Position numbers and translations under genes: made by a program. Below the pieces are notes generated by a model. It was not told the DNA's origin. It made no database searches and saw nothing but the letters and a program-made list of their open reading frames with translations. This document shows positions 8,733 to 18,516 of a stretch of DNA of 61,606 nt, piece by piece (position 1 is the stretch's first letter; each line of letters begins with the position of its first letter). The DNA is from a virus (lineage: Duplodnaviria; Caudoviricetes): positions 1-61,606 of the IMG/VR virus record IMGVR_UViG_3300030372_004181; one strand, written 5' to 3'.

Positions 8733-9234
8733 TTTAATATTACCCACGCACATGGCTAAAGCCAGAAAAAAAGAAAAAATAAAAGTTGCAGAAGAAGGAA
8801 AAACAATTGAAGAATTAGAAAAAAACCAAAAGAAAGTAGAAGAAATATATGGAACAAGAGAATCTAAATACCTGGACCCTGATAATATTGACAGCGATAT
8901 TGCTGAAAAACTACCTCGTCCCACTGGTTGGAGGATTTTAATTTTACCTTATTTAGGTGCAGAACGCACAAAAGGTGGAGTTATTTTATCTGATCAAACA
9001 CGTGAAAGAGAGCAGTTAGCAACCGTTTGCGGTTATGTAGTAGCCACTGGCCCTGATGCGTATGGAGATACAGCTAAGTTTCCTGAAGGACCTTGGTGTA
9101 AAAAAGGTGATTGGGTGATCTTTGCCCGTTATGCGGGGTCAAGATTAAAAATTGACGGTGGTGATTTAAGACTCTTGAATGATGACGAAATACTTGCTAT
9201 AATACAGGATCCGACTGACATATTACATATGTAG
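8725..9234 (+). CDS. groES: Co-chaperonin GroES (Cpn10)
   Basis: PTGWRILI...TKGGVIL...VVATGPDAY...GDWVIFARYAG...LLNDDEILA is the Cpn10 signature. Confidence 0.92.
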   Translation: MSDLILPTHMAKARKKEKIKVAEEGKTIEELEKNQKKVEEIYGTRESKYLDPDNIDSDIAEKLPRPTGWRILILPYLGAERTKGGVILSDQTREREQLATVCGYVVATGPDAYGDTAKFPEGPWCKKGDWVIFARYAGSRLKIDGGDLRLLNDDEILAIIQDPTDILHM

Positions 9235-9270
9235 TCATCTTGCAATAATTAACCATGGAGAACAAGAACC

Positions 9271-10230
9271 ATGCCAGAGGCAGAAAAAATACAAGACGAT
9301 AAAATCGTCGACATCGATACCAGCGGTCCTTCCGTTGACATTGAACTAGAAGAATCAAAAGTAAATCCCGTAGAAGAACAGGAAGAAGTAGTTGAAGAGC
9401 AAGCTGCTCCTGCTCCTGCTCCTGAACCAGAAACAAAAGAAGACGAACCAAAGTCAACGGACAAAGGTGAGCACGAAGAATACAGTGAAAAAGTTAACAA
9501 AAGAATTTCTAAACTTGTTGGCAAACTTCGTGAAGCAGAACGTCGAGAAGAGGCAGCCTTAAAATTTGCTGAAGGTTTAAAAACTAAAACTGAAGAACTT
9601 GAAAGTAGTTTAACGAATGTTAATCAACACTATGCTCAATCTATGGAGACAGCCTCAACATCACAAGTTGAAGAAGCAAAACTAAGATTAAAAAAAGCAA
9701 TTGAAGAAAGTGATGTAGAAGCACAAGCAGAAGCGCAAAGTATTTTGGCTCGTGCATCTCTTGACGCTGAACGTGCAAAAATTCAAAAAGAACAACTTGA
9801 GTATCAAGCACAACAGTTTCAACAACAAAAAGAAACACCTCAACCTCAACAATATCAACAGCCACAACAACCTGCACCACAACCTGACGCTAAAGCTCAA
9901 AGTTGGGCGGCTAAAAATGAATGGTTTGGAGCGGACGAGGCTATGACGTATACAGCTTTTGCTGTTCACAGAAAACTAGTTCAAGAAGAAGGATACGACC
10001 CTAAATCTGATGAATATTATGACGAAGTCGATCGTAGAATTAGAGAACAATTTCCACATAAGTTTGAAGTAGAAAAAAGCAAGAAAACAGTTGACCAAAC
10101 TGTGGCCCCTGCTGTAAAATCAGTTTCCAAACAAGGAAAACGCACTGTGAGACTCACACCATCACAAGTTGCGATAGCGAAAAAACTTGGTGTGCCATTA
10201 GAAGAATATGCTAAATACGTGAAGGAGTAA
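9271..10230 (+). CDS. Putative capsid scaffolding protein
   Basis: Acidic N-terminus, long coiled coil, C-terminal VRLTPSQVAIAKKLGVPLEEYAK; upstream of the capsid gene. Confidence 0.75.
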   Translation: MPEAEKIQDDKIVDIDTSGPSVDIELEESKVNPVEEQEEVVEEQAAPAPAPEPETKEDEPKSTDKGEHEEYSEKVNKRISKLVGKLREAERREEAALKFAEGLKTKTEELESSLTNVNQHYAQSMETASTSQVEEAKLRLKKAIEESDVEAQAEAQSILARASLDAERAKIQKEQLEYQAQQFQQQKETPQPQQYQQPQQPAPQPDAKAQSWAAKNEWFGADEAMTYTAFAVHRKLVQEEGYDPKSDEYYDEVDRRIREQFPHKFEVEKSKKTVDQTVAPAVKSVSKQGKRTVRLTPSQVAIAKKLGVPLEEYAKYVKE

Positions 10231-10235
10231 GCATT

Positions 10236-10700
10236 ATGACAAATAAAACAAGAACCTCACGCTCATCTCAAACTAGAGATAAAACTGCCAAAAGGCAGCC
10301 ATGGCGACCACCATCTAGATTAGACGCGCCACAAGCACCTGACGGATTTCAGTATCGTTGGATTCGAGCTGAAGTTATGGGTCAAGAGGACAAGAAAAAC
10401 GTTTCTTCTCGTATTAGGGAAGGTTACGAACTTGTTAGACTTGAAGAATTAGGAGGCTTTGATGCCCCGACTGTTGAAGACGGAGCACATAAAGGCGTTG
10501 TTGCTGTAGGTGGATTACTGCTAGCCAAAATACCAAACGAAATTGCAGACGAGCGAAGAGCTTATTTTGCACAACAAACATCAGATCAACAACAAGCCGT
10601 TGACAATAGTTTGTTGAGGGAGCAGCATCCTAGTATGCCTATAGACAATCCAAATAGGCAAACAAGAGTATCTTTTGGCGGTGCCAAGAAACAAGATTAG
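10236..10700 (+). CDS. Head-module hypothetical protein
   Basis: AAGGAG RBS, position in head operon. Confidence 0.8.
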   Translation: MTNKTRTSRSSQTRDKTAKRQPWRPPSRLDAPQAPDGFQYRWIRAEVMGQEDKKNVSSRIREGYELVRLEELGGFDAPTVEDGAHKGVVAVGGLLLAKIPNEIADERRAYFAQQTSDQQQAVDNSLLREQHPSMPIDNPNRQTRVSFGGAKKQD

Positions 10701-10784
10701 TTTCTAACACACTATTCATTGCCAAAATTAAATTGGATTATTAACAATAACTAATAATTTATTAGTCTAAGGAGGACTATAATT

Positions 10785-11351
10785 ATGGCAAATAAAGACG
10801 CAGCCTTTGGGTTTAGACCTGCAAGGCATTTAAGTGGTGGCGAGATTCGTACTGAAGAGTATGCAATTGCAGCTAACCACGGCACTTCCATCTTCAGCGG
10901 ACAAGTTGTAGAGGCAGTGGCAGCGGGCGGTATTGAGCAAGCAGCAGCTGGAGACACTCAGCAATTGGGTGTTTTTGGAGGTTGTTTTTATACTGATCCG
11001 ACATCAAGTAAACCAACATATAAGGCGTTCTATCCGGCAAGCACTAATGCTTCTGATATCGTTGCATATGTTTACTCAGATCCACATATCGTGTTTGAAG
11101 CACAACATGATGGAACTGGAACAGCAGCTATGAATCATTCGGGTTTTGATTTTGTAGGTACTAGTGGAAGCACTATTACTGGACAATCAACTTCTGAGAT
11201 TGATACTTCTACTTCTGGTACATCAGGTGGTTTTAAGCAAATCGGAATCTCAAAAGATCCTGATAACAGTGATACAGCAAATGCAAACGCTAACGCGTAT
11301 GTAGTGTTTAACACTGGTGAGCATGTGTATAAACTAACAACTGGCGTATAG
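10785..11351 (+). CDS. Putative head decoration / minor capsid protein
   Basis: AAGGAGG RBS; beta-rich, small-residue-rich; immediately upstream of MCP. Confidence 0.65.
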   Translation: MANKDAAFGFRPARHLSGGEIRTEEYAIAANHGTSIFSGQVVEAVAAGGIEQAAAGDTQQLGVFGGCFYTDPTSSKPTYKAFYPASTNASDIVAYVYSDPHIVFEAQHDGTGTAAMNHSGFDFVGTSGSTITGQSTSEIDTSTSGTSGGFKQIGISKDPDNSDTANANANAYVVFNTGEHVYKLTTGV

Positions 11352-11365
11352 GGAGGATTTAAACT

Positions 11366-12271
11366 ATGGCTATAAATAGATCACAACTTGCAAAAGAGTT
11401 GGAACCTGGTTTGAATGCACTATTTGGACTAGAATATCAAGGCTATGAGAATCAACACGCTGAAATCTTCGACACAGAAAACTCTGACAGAGCTTTCGAA
11501 GAAGAAGTAATGTTGTCAGGCTTCGGTTCTGCATCAGTTAAACCAGAAGGTTCTTCTGTTAACTTTGATAGCGCAACTGAGTCTTTCACAGCTCGTTACT
11601 CTCATGAAACAGTGGCACTGGCTTTCCAGATTACTGAAGAAGCTGTAGAGGATAACCTTTACGACAAGATCAGTACTCGTTATACGAAAGCTCTTGCACG
11701 TTCAATGGCTCATACAAAACAAGTTAAAGCTGCAAACGTTTTAAACAACGGTTTCGACTCTAACTTTAAAGGTGGAGACGGTGTGGAGTTATTTTCTTCA
11801 GCTCACCCAACTACATCTGGTAACCAAAGAAATGAGTTAGAGACGCCTTCAGATCTTAATGAGACATCTTTAGAGCAAGCAATGATTGACATTGCTGCTT
11901 TTGCTGATGACAGAGGTCTAAAAGTTGCTGCTAAAGCTCGTAAGTTGATTATACCTTCAGCTCTACAATTCACTGCAGAAAGATTAATGAAATCTGCAAA
12001 CAGAGTTGGAACTGCTGATAATGACATCAACGCATTAGCATCAAAAGGAATGATTCCTGAAGGCTATGTAGTGAACAACTACATAACTGACACAGACGCA
12101 TTCTTTATCAAAACTGATGTGCCTAATGGTATGAAACATTTCCAAAGATCACCGATCGCTACTTCTATGGAAGGCGACTTTGAAACAGGAAATATGAAAT
12201 ACAAGGCTAGAGAGCGTTACAGCTTTGGTTTCTCTGATTGGAGAGGAATGTTTGCTTCTGAAGGAGCGTAA
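11366..12271 (+). CDS. Major capsid protein
   Basis: 301 aa, GGGAGG RBS, followed by strong terminator; MAINRSQLAKELEPGLNALFG N-terminus and GGDGVELFSSAHP motif (Mu gpT-like HK97-fold family). Confidence 0.9.
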   Translation: MAINRSQLAKELEPGLNALFGLEYQGYENQHAEIFDTENSDRAFEEEVMLSGFGSASVKPEGSSVNFDSATESFTARYSHETVALAFQITEEAVEDNLYDKISTRYTKALARSMAHTKQVKAANVLNNGFDSNFKGGDGVELFSSAHPTTSGNQRNELETPSDLNETSLEQAMIDIAAFADDRGLKVAAKARKLIIPSALQFTAERLMKSANRVGTADNDINALASKGMIPEGYVVNNYITDTDAFFIKTDVPNGMKHFQRSPIATSMEGDFETGNMKYKARERYSFGFSDWRGMFASEGA

Positions 12272-12297
12272 TAATTCTTTTCAATAAAGAACTTAGG

Positions 12298-12321
12298 AGG
12301 GGCGCTTCGGCGCCCCTTTTT
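12298..12321 (+). terminator. Intrinsic terminator
   Basis: AGGGGCGC-TTCG-GCGCCCCT followed by TTTT. Confidence 0.92.
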
Positions 12322-12323
12322 AT

Positions 12324-12352
12324 TTGCATATTTATTCTTAAAAGCGTATAAT
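12324..12352 (+). promoter_or_regulatory. sigma70 promoter
   Basis: TTGCAT-17 nt-TATAAT immediately after the MCP terminator. Confidence 0.75.
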
Positions 12353-12358
12353 CGACGC

Positions 12359-12421
12359 ACTGCATATATAAAACAGTCAGCATAGACTCATGCAGTAGAC
12401 AATGTCTCAGACTATGTTGGC
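12359..12421 (+). ncRNA. Candidate pseudoknotted 5' leader RNA
   Basis: P1 12359-65/12390-96, P2 12376-85/12412-21 (with G-U pairs), hairpin 12397-12407; begins at predicted TSS and ends just before the SD. Confidence 0.6.
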
Positions 12422-12437
12422 GGAAAAGGAGACCTAT

Positions 12438-13061
12438 ATGGCAAATTCAACTTTTAGTGGTCCGGTCAGATCAGAAGGTGGCTTTAACGTAATTAATAAA
12501 GCAGCTTCTACTGGCGTGATTACAGAAACTGGTTTTTCAGTTAACTCAACTGGACAACTAGTATCAATGGGAACTAGAAAAATACAATCTTTTGCTGGTA
12601 CATTGGCATCAACAAACGCAGCATCAACTGCTTATGGAGATGGTGATGTCCTTGTTGAATTAGGAACTTTAGATGTTACAGCACCTGACGATTTAGTAAC
12701 ACCTTCTAAGTTTTTTATTCACAGAGCATTAATTGGTATTACAACTGCAGCAGGACAAACTCTTGTTGGTGGTTTATCATTAAGTGCAACATCTGGAACA
12801 GCGACTAACACTGCAGTTGCTTCTGGAACTGAAATTGTTGGTGCTGGTGTAACATCTTTTAACGAACAGTTAAGTGCTACACAATCAATCACAGAGGTTG
12901 ATGTAAACTTTAACAATACTGCTGGTAACTACCACATCTTTGTTCCAAACATTACAGCGGCGATTGCTAGTAAAAACTTATATGCTTTTGCTACTACAGC
13001 AGTAAACGCTGACATAACTGCTGGAAGATTTACAGTAGAATTAGAATACTCAGTATTTTAA
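12438..13061 (+). CDS. Putative virion structural protein (MANSTFSGPVRS...)
   Basis: Start moved to ATG 12438 after AAGGAG; T/A/G/S-rich beta protein. Confidence 0.8.
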   Translation: MANSTFSGPVRSEGGFNVINKAASTGVITETGFSVNSTGQLVSMGTRKIQSFAGTLASTNAASTAYGDGDVLVELGTLDVTAPDDLVTPSKFFIHRALIGITTAAGQTLVGGLSLSATSGTATNTAVASGTEIVGAGVTSFNEQLSATQSITEVDVNFNNTAGNYHIFVPNITAAIASKNLYAFATTAVNADITAGRFTVELEYSVF

Positions 13062-13073
13062 AAATTAACGTTA

Positions 13074-13102
13074 ATGTGGGCCTTCGGGCCCACATGTTTC
13101 TT
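13074..13102 (+). terminator. Terminator / UUCG hairpin
   Basis: ATGTGGGCC-TTCG-GGCCCACAT then GTTTCTT. Confidence 0.7.
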
Positions 13103-13120
13103 AATTAAGGAGGGAAACAC

Positions 13121-13534
13121 ATGGCAGACACAGTAACAGGACCAGAGGTCTTACAAGAAAACGATAAAAGAGTAGCTCTTAAAATAGTTATAGAATCAGA
13201 TGGTACAGGCAGTACAACTGTTTTTTATGACGCTTCAGCACGTACTGTTGCAGGAGCCGCTACACGAGGAGCCTTACAAAGAGTTTGGTTTTGTTGTGAT
13301 ACAGGCGACGGAGGAGATTCTTTTGCTCGTTTAGATTTTGAAGATTCAGATGGAGACAGACCTTTACTTGGTTTAACAGGAACAGGTTATTGGGACTTTA
13401 GAGAATTCGGTGGATTACCACCAAGCACTGACGCCAACACTAACGGTGATATTAATGTGGTCATTCCCGGTGAGGCTGACGACGGTAATATGTACACAAT
13501 TATAGCAGAGTTTATTAAAACTGGCTCAGTGTAA
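13121..13534 (+). CDS. Putative virion structural protein
   Basis: AAGGAGGG RBS; structural-region context. Confidence 0.75.
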   Translation: MADTVTGPEVLQENDKRVALKIVIESDGTGSTTVFYDASARTVAGAATRGALQRVWFCCDTGDGGDSFARLDFEDSDGDRPLLGLTGTGYWDFREFGGLPPSTDANTNGDINVVIPGEADDGNMYTIIAEFIKTGSV

Positions 13535-13547
13535 TAGGGAGTAACGT

Positions 13548-14219
13548 ATGGCTGTATCAGGTTCTACTGATTTTAGCATAGATGCTGCAGAAGTAATTCA
13601 AGAAGCTTACGAACGTTGTGGGTTACAAGAAGTTACTGGAAAAGACTTGCGTACAGCAATACGTAGTATGAACTTGCTGATGTCTGAGTGGGCCAATCGT
13701 GGTCTTAACTTATGGACTATTCAACTTGGAACACAATCAACAACAGCAAGTGATGCTGACTACACTTTAGCCACAAATATTGTAGATGTTTTAGAAGTTG
13801 TATTAAGAGATGCTAATAGTTTAGATACAAATCTTGGTAGAGTTAGTCGTGCTGATTATCACATGCTTCCAAATAAAAGCACCGAAGGTAGACCATCTCA
13901 GTTTTATTTTGAAAGAACAACGACGCCAACTTTGTTTTTGTACCCAACTCCTGATTTATCTACATATACCGTAAGATATTATTACTTAAAAAGACTAGAT
14001 GATCTTGATTTAGCCACAGATGATCCAAATGTTTCATTTAGATTTTTGCCTTGCTTAGTTGCAGGTATGGCTTATTATCTTGCTATGAAAAAAGCACCTG
14101 AAAAAGTTCAACTGTTGAAAGCAGTTTACGACGAAGAATTTGAACGAGCTCGACAAGAAGACAGGGAGCGCTCTAGTTTTAGCGCAGTTCCTGGACGAGG
14201 GTACTTTAACAACTACTAA
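13548..14219 (+). CDS. Putative head-tail connector / adaptor protein
   Basis: EAYERCG...SMNLLMSEWANRGLNLW...GRPSQFY...LYPTPD pattern typical of podovirus adaptors. Confidence 0.7.
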   Translation: MAVSGSTDFSIDAAEVIQEAYERCGLQEVTGKDLRTAIRSMNLLMSEWANRGLNLWTIQLGTQSTTASDADYTLATNIVDVLEVVLRDANSLDTNLGRVSRADYHMLPNKSTEGRPSQFYFERTTTPTLFLYPTPDLSTYTVRYYYLKRLDDLDLATDDPNVSFRFLPCLVAGMAYYLAMKKAPEKVQLLKAVYDEEFERARQEDRERSSFSAVPGRGYFNNY

Positions 14220-14229
14220 AGGAGGATTT

Positions 14230-14340
14230 ATGATTAGTAAGTTACTTTTTATAAAAGATTGGGCGATGAATCTTGATAAGAAGAAAAAGATCATTGCAGC
14301 AGCCATTGTAATCATAATTATTATTGCACTGGTAAAATAA
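14230..14340 (+). CDS. 36-aa membrane peptide in lysis cassette
   Basis: AAAGGAGG RBS before ATG 14230; KKKK followed by hydrophobic stretch. Confidence 0.65.
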   Translation: MISKLLFIKDWAMNLDKKKKIIAAAIVIIIIIALVK

Positions 14341-14762
14341 TGGAACCACGAAATTCAACAGAATTAATCGTTATCCATTGTGCGGCAACAAAAGCTTCTA
14401 TGGATGTGGATGCAGCAACCATAAGAGATTGGCATGTCAATGGCAATGGATGGCGAGATATAGGCTATCACAAAGTAATAAAACGTTCAGGAGAAGTTGA
14501 AGATGGACGAGATATTCGTGATTCAGGCGCACATGCTGCTGGCTATAATCATAAAAGCATAGGTATTTGTCTTGTAGGAGGTATGGCTGATGATAATTCT
14601 GCTGAAAATAATTTTACTGATCATCAATGGATAGCTCTTTTGGTGTTAGTTAAAGAATTACAAGATGAATATCCAGACGCTAATGTTATTGGTCATAATG
14701 AAATAAGTGAAAAAGAATGTCCGTCATTTGACGTTCAAGAATGGAAGAGGGATAATTTATAA
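14340..14762 (+). CDS. Endolysin, N-acetylmuramoyl-L-alanine amidase (T7 gp3.5-like)
   Basis: IVIHCAAT, DIGYH, GAHA.GYN..SIGICLVGG, GHNE...KECPSFDV zinc-amidase motifs. Confidence 0.93.
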   Translation: MEPRNSTELIVIHCAATKASMDVDAATIRDWHVNGNGWRDIGYHKVIKRSGEVEDGRDIRDSGAHAAGYNHKSIGICLVGGMADDNSAENNFTDHQWIALLVLVKELQDEYPDANVIGHNEISEKECPSFDVQEWKRDNL

Positions 14763-15148
14763 TGGGACCATTACTATCAATATTACCTACTGTACTTAAA
14801 ACAGGAGCTAGTGTTTTTGCTAATAAACAAAAAGCAAAAATACTTATGTCCGACGCTGCTTTATTGCATGCACAGAAAATGGCAAATGGAGAAGTGGAGT
14901 ATCAAGCTCAAGTTAGACAATCAAACGACAAAGGATGGAAAGACGAGTTCGTTTTGATTCTCATAAGTTTGCCGATTTTATTGTTGATATGGAGTGTGTT
15001 TAGCGATGACCCAAGCATACAAGAAAAGATAGATGTGTTCTTTGACAAGTTTGCAAATCTGCCTTTTTGGTACCAGAGCTTGTTTATCGGCGTGGTCGCC
15101 TCGATATACGGACTCAAGGGCGCAGATATATTTAAAGGTAAAAAATGA
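14762..15148 (+). CDS. Putative holin
   Basis: Adjacent to endolysin; WKDEF followed by hydrophobic helices, LPFWYQ, basic C-terminus. Confidence 0.7.
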   Translation: MGPLLSILPTVLKTGASVFANKQKAKILMSDAALLHAQKMANGEVEYQAQVRQSNDKGWKDEFVLILISLPILLLIWSVFSDDPSIQEKIDVFFDKFANLPFWYQSLFIGVVASIYGLKGADIFKGKK

Positions 15149-15384
15149 AAATGACTTGGGTCATAACTGCTATGCTACTTTATCATGGCGTAGAAAAACC
15201 TATTATTACTGACTATTTGGTAAAATCGTTTGACACAAAATTTGATTGTTTAGACTATGTTTGGGACAACAAAGTAGATATGATTGATGGTTTATTAGAA
15301 GTACACAGAGAAGTAGATGGTGTTAAACTAAGAACGTTTGCTTTTTATTGTGAAAACAGATTCGTAGAATTGGAAGAAGTATGA
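15145..15384 (+). CDS. Hypothetical protein with hydrophobic N-terminus
   Basis: ATGA overlap with upstream gene; two Cys. Confidence 0.7.
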   Translation: MKMTWVITAMLLYHGVEKPIITDYLVKSFDTKFDCLDYVWDNKVDMIDGLLEVHREVDGVKLRTFAFYCENRFVELEEV

Positions 15385-15455
15385 TAGATTTTTCTGGTTT
15401 TGGTATTTATTTTTTTTATGTAGCAATTATTTTATTTGTTTATGAAGCTCTCTGA
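15381..15455 (+). CDS. Possible 24-aa hydrophobic peptide (not in ORF track)
   Basis: MIDFSGFGIYFFYVAIILFVYEAL; ATGA-coupled, bridges two genes. Confidence 0.35.
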   Translation: MIDFSGFGIYFFYVAIILFVYEAL

Positions 15456-15816
15456 AGACACGACCGTCTCCTTACCATTTAAAAATCTTTTGGCCATTCT
15501 GGCCGCCGTGGCACTTGGCACGACCAGCTATTTTACGGTGGTTGAACGTTTAAACAGTATTGAAACTACATTACAGCTAATGGAAAAAGATTTAGAAGCT
15601 GCTAATATCTTTATAGATTCGGTGCCCAAGGGCGGCATGGTCAGTCCCCAAGTCCAAGAATTATACATGTTGGTTGAGTACCTTGGCGAGAACGTAGACA
15701 AACTAAAAGAACAGATGGAAGCAGAGATACCTATGATATTAAAAAATGATATGGTTATACAGTTTCACGAGGAAAGATTAATAGACTTGGAGTCAAAAAC
15801 AAATGGAAACCATTAA
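15442..15816 (+). CDS. Membrane-anchored coiled-coil protein
   Basis: N-terminal hydrophobic helix then heptad repeats; possible lysis accessory. Confidence 0.65.
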   Translation: MKLSEDTTVSLPFKNLLAILAAVALGTTSYFTVVERLNSIETTLQLMEKDLEAANIFIDSVPKGGMVSPQVQELYMLVEYLGENVDKLKEQMEAEIPMILKNDMVIQFHEERLIDLESKTNGNH

Positions 15817-16024
15817 AGTTGTATTTGCAATACTTATGATACAGAACGGTTCAACAATTGAGATGGTGCCGACTGAGGGACTTAGCGATTGTCTTAAGCA
15901 GAAACGTTTAATTAGCAGACAGATAGGTGAGGAGCAAGATGGAATATACATGCAATGTAAGGAGGTTACGGCTTCTCTCTACGAAGACATGGGCCGACTT
16001 AAGATCAAAAAGATCATAGAATAA
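15803..16024 (+). CDS. Small hypothetical protein
   Basis: GGAG RBS; hydrophobic N-terminus, two Cys. Confidence 0.7.
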   Translation: METIKVVFAILMIQNGSTIEMVPTEGLSDCLKQKRLISRQIGEEQDGIYMQCKEVTASLYEDMGRLKIKKIIE

Positions 16025-16088
16025 CGCCTTGACTAAGGAGTATATCTAAGTAAATTATAATATAACATAAAAGCAGTTCGGGGGGATT

Positions 16089-16799
16089 ATGCTTAAGGGT
16101 ATTTCAATACTAGTTATTGTATTAGTTGGATTTTTATGGATGTTTGGTTCTTTAATGGACTCCGCAATGGCAGACGTCACAGGCGCTGGCTCAACAAACA
16201 ACACACAAAATACATCAGGATCATCAGCTAGTAACACAGCAATTACGGGCGGCTATCACAGTGAGTCCACAACAAACTATCAAGATGGTTCATCATCTAA
16301 TACAACTACAAACAACAGTACTACAAACAATTCTTATACTGGTGATCAACGTACGGTGCCCTCTGCATCTGCTCCGGGTATTTCTGCAATGTCACAAGAT
16401 CTTTGCACTGTAGGTGTATCTGCAGGTTTGCAAAAACCATTGATAGGTGCAAGTCTTGGTATTACAAAACGTGATATGAATTGTGAACGTATGAAGTTAT
16501 CTAAACTATTATTTGATTTTAACATGAAGGTTGCTGCTGTATCCATACTATGTCAAGACAGCAGAGTATTTCAAAGCATGGCACATGCTGGAACACCGTG
16601 TCCGTTTAATGGCAAAATAGGTGATGCTGCATTAGAAGAATGGAATAAATATGACAAAGAAAGACCCGACTACGAAGAGTATGTGGCGTCATTACGATAC
16701 ATGGAAAAAGTAGATAACAAAATCTTGGAGGAGTTAAATGAAGAACCTATTATTGTTGACGGCGATGGCAACGCTGTTATCCTCGGTAGCCAAAACTGA
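16089..16799 (+). CDS. Secreted / membrane-anchored protein
   Basis: Signal-like N-terminus, S/T/N-rich linker, Cys-containing domain (DMNCER...LCQD...TPCP). Confidence 0.8.
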   Translation: MLKGISILVIVLVGFLWMFGSLMDSAMADVTGAGSTNNTQNTSGSSASNTAITGGYHSESTTNYQDGSSSNTTTNNSTTNNSYTGDQRTVPSASAPGISAMSQDLCTVGVSAGLQKPLIGASLGITKRDMNCERMKLSKLLFDFNMKVAAVSILCQDSRVFQSMAHAGTPCPFNGKIGDAALEEWNKYDKERPDYEEYVASLRYMEKVDNKILEELNEEPIIVDGDGNAVILGSQN

Positions 16800-18516
16800 C
16801 GTAGTAGTTATACCAGACACACCAAACGTAGGCGACACAACCACAATCACCACTGTAACAACAGGCAATCCTGTTACAACAGATAATCTTATATCTCACG
16901 ATTGGATTGATGGCAGTTGGGTAGGCACAATGTTTCCAGATTCATCAGACATAAACGAACACATTTATCTTACAGGTAAAGATGGCGCATATGCAGAGAC
17001 TACAATTAAATCAGAAGACTATGTGTCAATAGAAGAAATGAAATTAGGTTTTAGTTCTAACTTTAACGCTGACATACGATGGTGGAACCCAACTGAGTCA
17101 ACAGTCACAATGTATCAAATAGCGTCTAATGGTGTTGACACCACAACACAAAGCACAACATTTGAAGACACAACAAATCACAATTATCAGTTTAATAATT
17201 ATGGCAACACTTTAATAATGAATGCTGACCCAAACATGACACATGGCACACTTACAGCAGGTTTTAGTTTTGATATACTTGGAAATAAAAACTACAACGG
17301 CGGACATGCAGGTGTAGACGTAAAGGACCCAACACTAACCATAGACTACACTGCATTGTCAGCGACAACTGTGACAACAGTTGAATACTGTTGGCAAAAA
17401 AATCCACCAACATGTCCTGGTCAAGACGAAATAGATATTGTTGAGGATATAATAGATGACATCGATACTATTATTTACGACATACCTGATGATTTTTTTG
17501 AACCAGAACCTGTTCCAATAGATATTGAATATTCATTCAATGATGAATACTTTGAAGAAGATTTTGGTATAGAAGATGATTATATGATAGCTGACGAATT
17601 TTTTTTTGAAGACGATTACTATCAAGATGACTTTTACGAAGACATTGAATTGGCATACGTTCCTGAAACAGATATTGACATGGACATGGACATGAACGTA
17701 GATTGGAATAATTCTAATGTAGAACTATTTGATGACCTGCCTCTGGTAGAGGAGGCGGTTATAGATGACATAGTTATGGAAGAGGAAATGTTTGTAGAAG
17801 AATTTACAGAAGAAATGCAAGAAGAGTTTATAGAAGAAGTGTATGAAGAATTCGTAATAGAAACAGAAACTGAACCAATGCCTGAACCAGAGCCGGAACC
17901 TATAGAAGAGGTGGCCATGGTAGAGGAAGAAATTATAGAAGAAGAACCAATCGAAGAGGAAATTATAGATGAAGAAGTTGCAGAGCAACCCAGTAGCGAA
18001 GAAGTTATTGCAGACGAACCAGAACCGACAACAGAAGTTGCCGAACAAGAAGAGATCGTCGAGGAGCCAATTGAAACAGAACCTACTGAAATTGCAGAAA
18101 CAGCAGAGCCAGAATCTACAGAATCAGTGGAAGTTGATATAGATATTAAGGTCGCTGCCATAGAAAAAGCAATACAGAACAAAGTATCAAACGAGATGCA
18201 ACGAGTCAGTTTAACGCTTGATGTAATTAATGAAATTGTGTCTCGTGAGATGACAGCAAAACAAGCCGATATTTCTAGCTATTTTGACACAAATGCTGCG
18301 CTGTTCGATACGCGTCAATTACCAGGCGGTGACCCTATGTTTTTTATGCAGGCTAGTCTAGACAGCTATAATAAAACAATATATGCTAGACAATTAAACA
18401 TCATTGGCTCAGATCCTGTTGTAAAATACGAAAACAGAATGAGAAATGCTAAACAAAAAACAGGCGAAGCCTACTTAAAATTAAAGGAGTTGCTAAATGC
18501 AAGAACTATTCAGTAA
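16738..18516 (+). CDS. Secreted protein with extremely acidic central region
   Basis: Signal peptide MKNLLLLTAMATLLSSVAKT; long D/E/I/P-rich tract. Confidence 0.8.
   Translation: MKNLLLLTAMATLLSSVAKTDVVVIPDTPNVGDTTTITTVTTGNPVTTDNLISHDWIDGSWVGTMFPDSSDINEHIYLTGKDGAYAETTIKSEDYVSIEEMKLGFSSNFNADIRWWNPTESTVTMYQIASNGVDTTTQSTTFEDTTNHNYQFNNYGNTLIMNADPNMTHGTLTAGFSFDILGNKNYNGGHAGVDVKDPTLTIDYTALSATTVTTVEYCWQKNPPTCPGQDEIDIVEDIIDDIDTIIYDIPDDFFEPEPVPIDIEYSFNDEYFEEDFGIEDDYMIADEFFFEDDYYQDDFYEDIELAYVPETDIDMDMDMNVDWNNSNVELFDDLPLVEEAVIDDIVMEEEMFVEEFTEEMQEEFIEEVYEEFVIETETEPMPEPEPEPIEEVAMVEEEIIEEEPIEEEIIDEEVAEQPSSEEVIADEPEPTTEVAEQEEIVEEPIETEPTEIAETAEPESTESVEVDIDIKVAAIEKAIQNKVSNEMQRVSLTLDVINEIVSREMTAKQADISSYFDTNAALFDTRQLPGGDPMFFMQASLDSYNKTIYARQLNIIGSDPVVKYENRMRNAKQKTGEAYLKLKELLNARTIQ

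Noticed and set aside
12359-12421. HDV-like ribozyme
   Set aside because: P1/P2/P4 order is similar, but only 4 nt lie where P3/L3/P1.1 must form; kept only as an unclassified pseudoknot.
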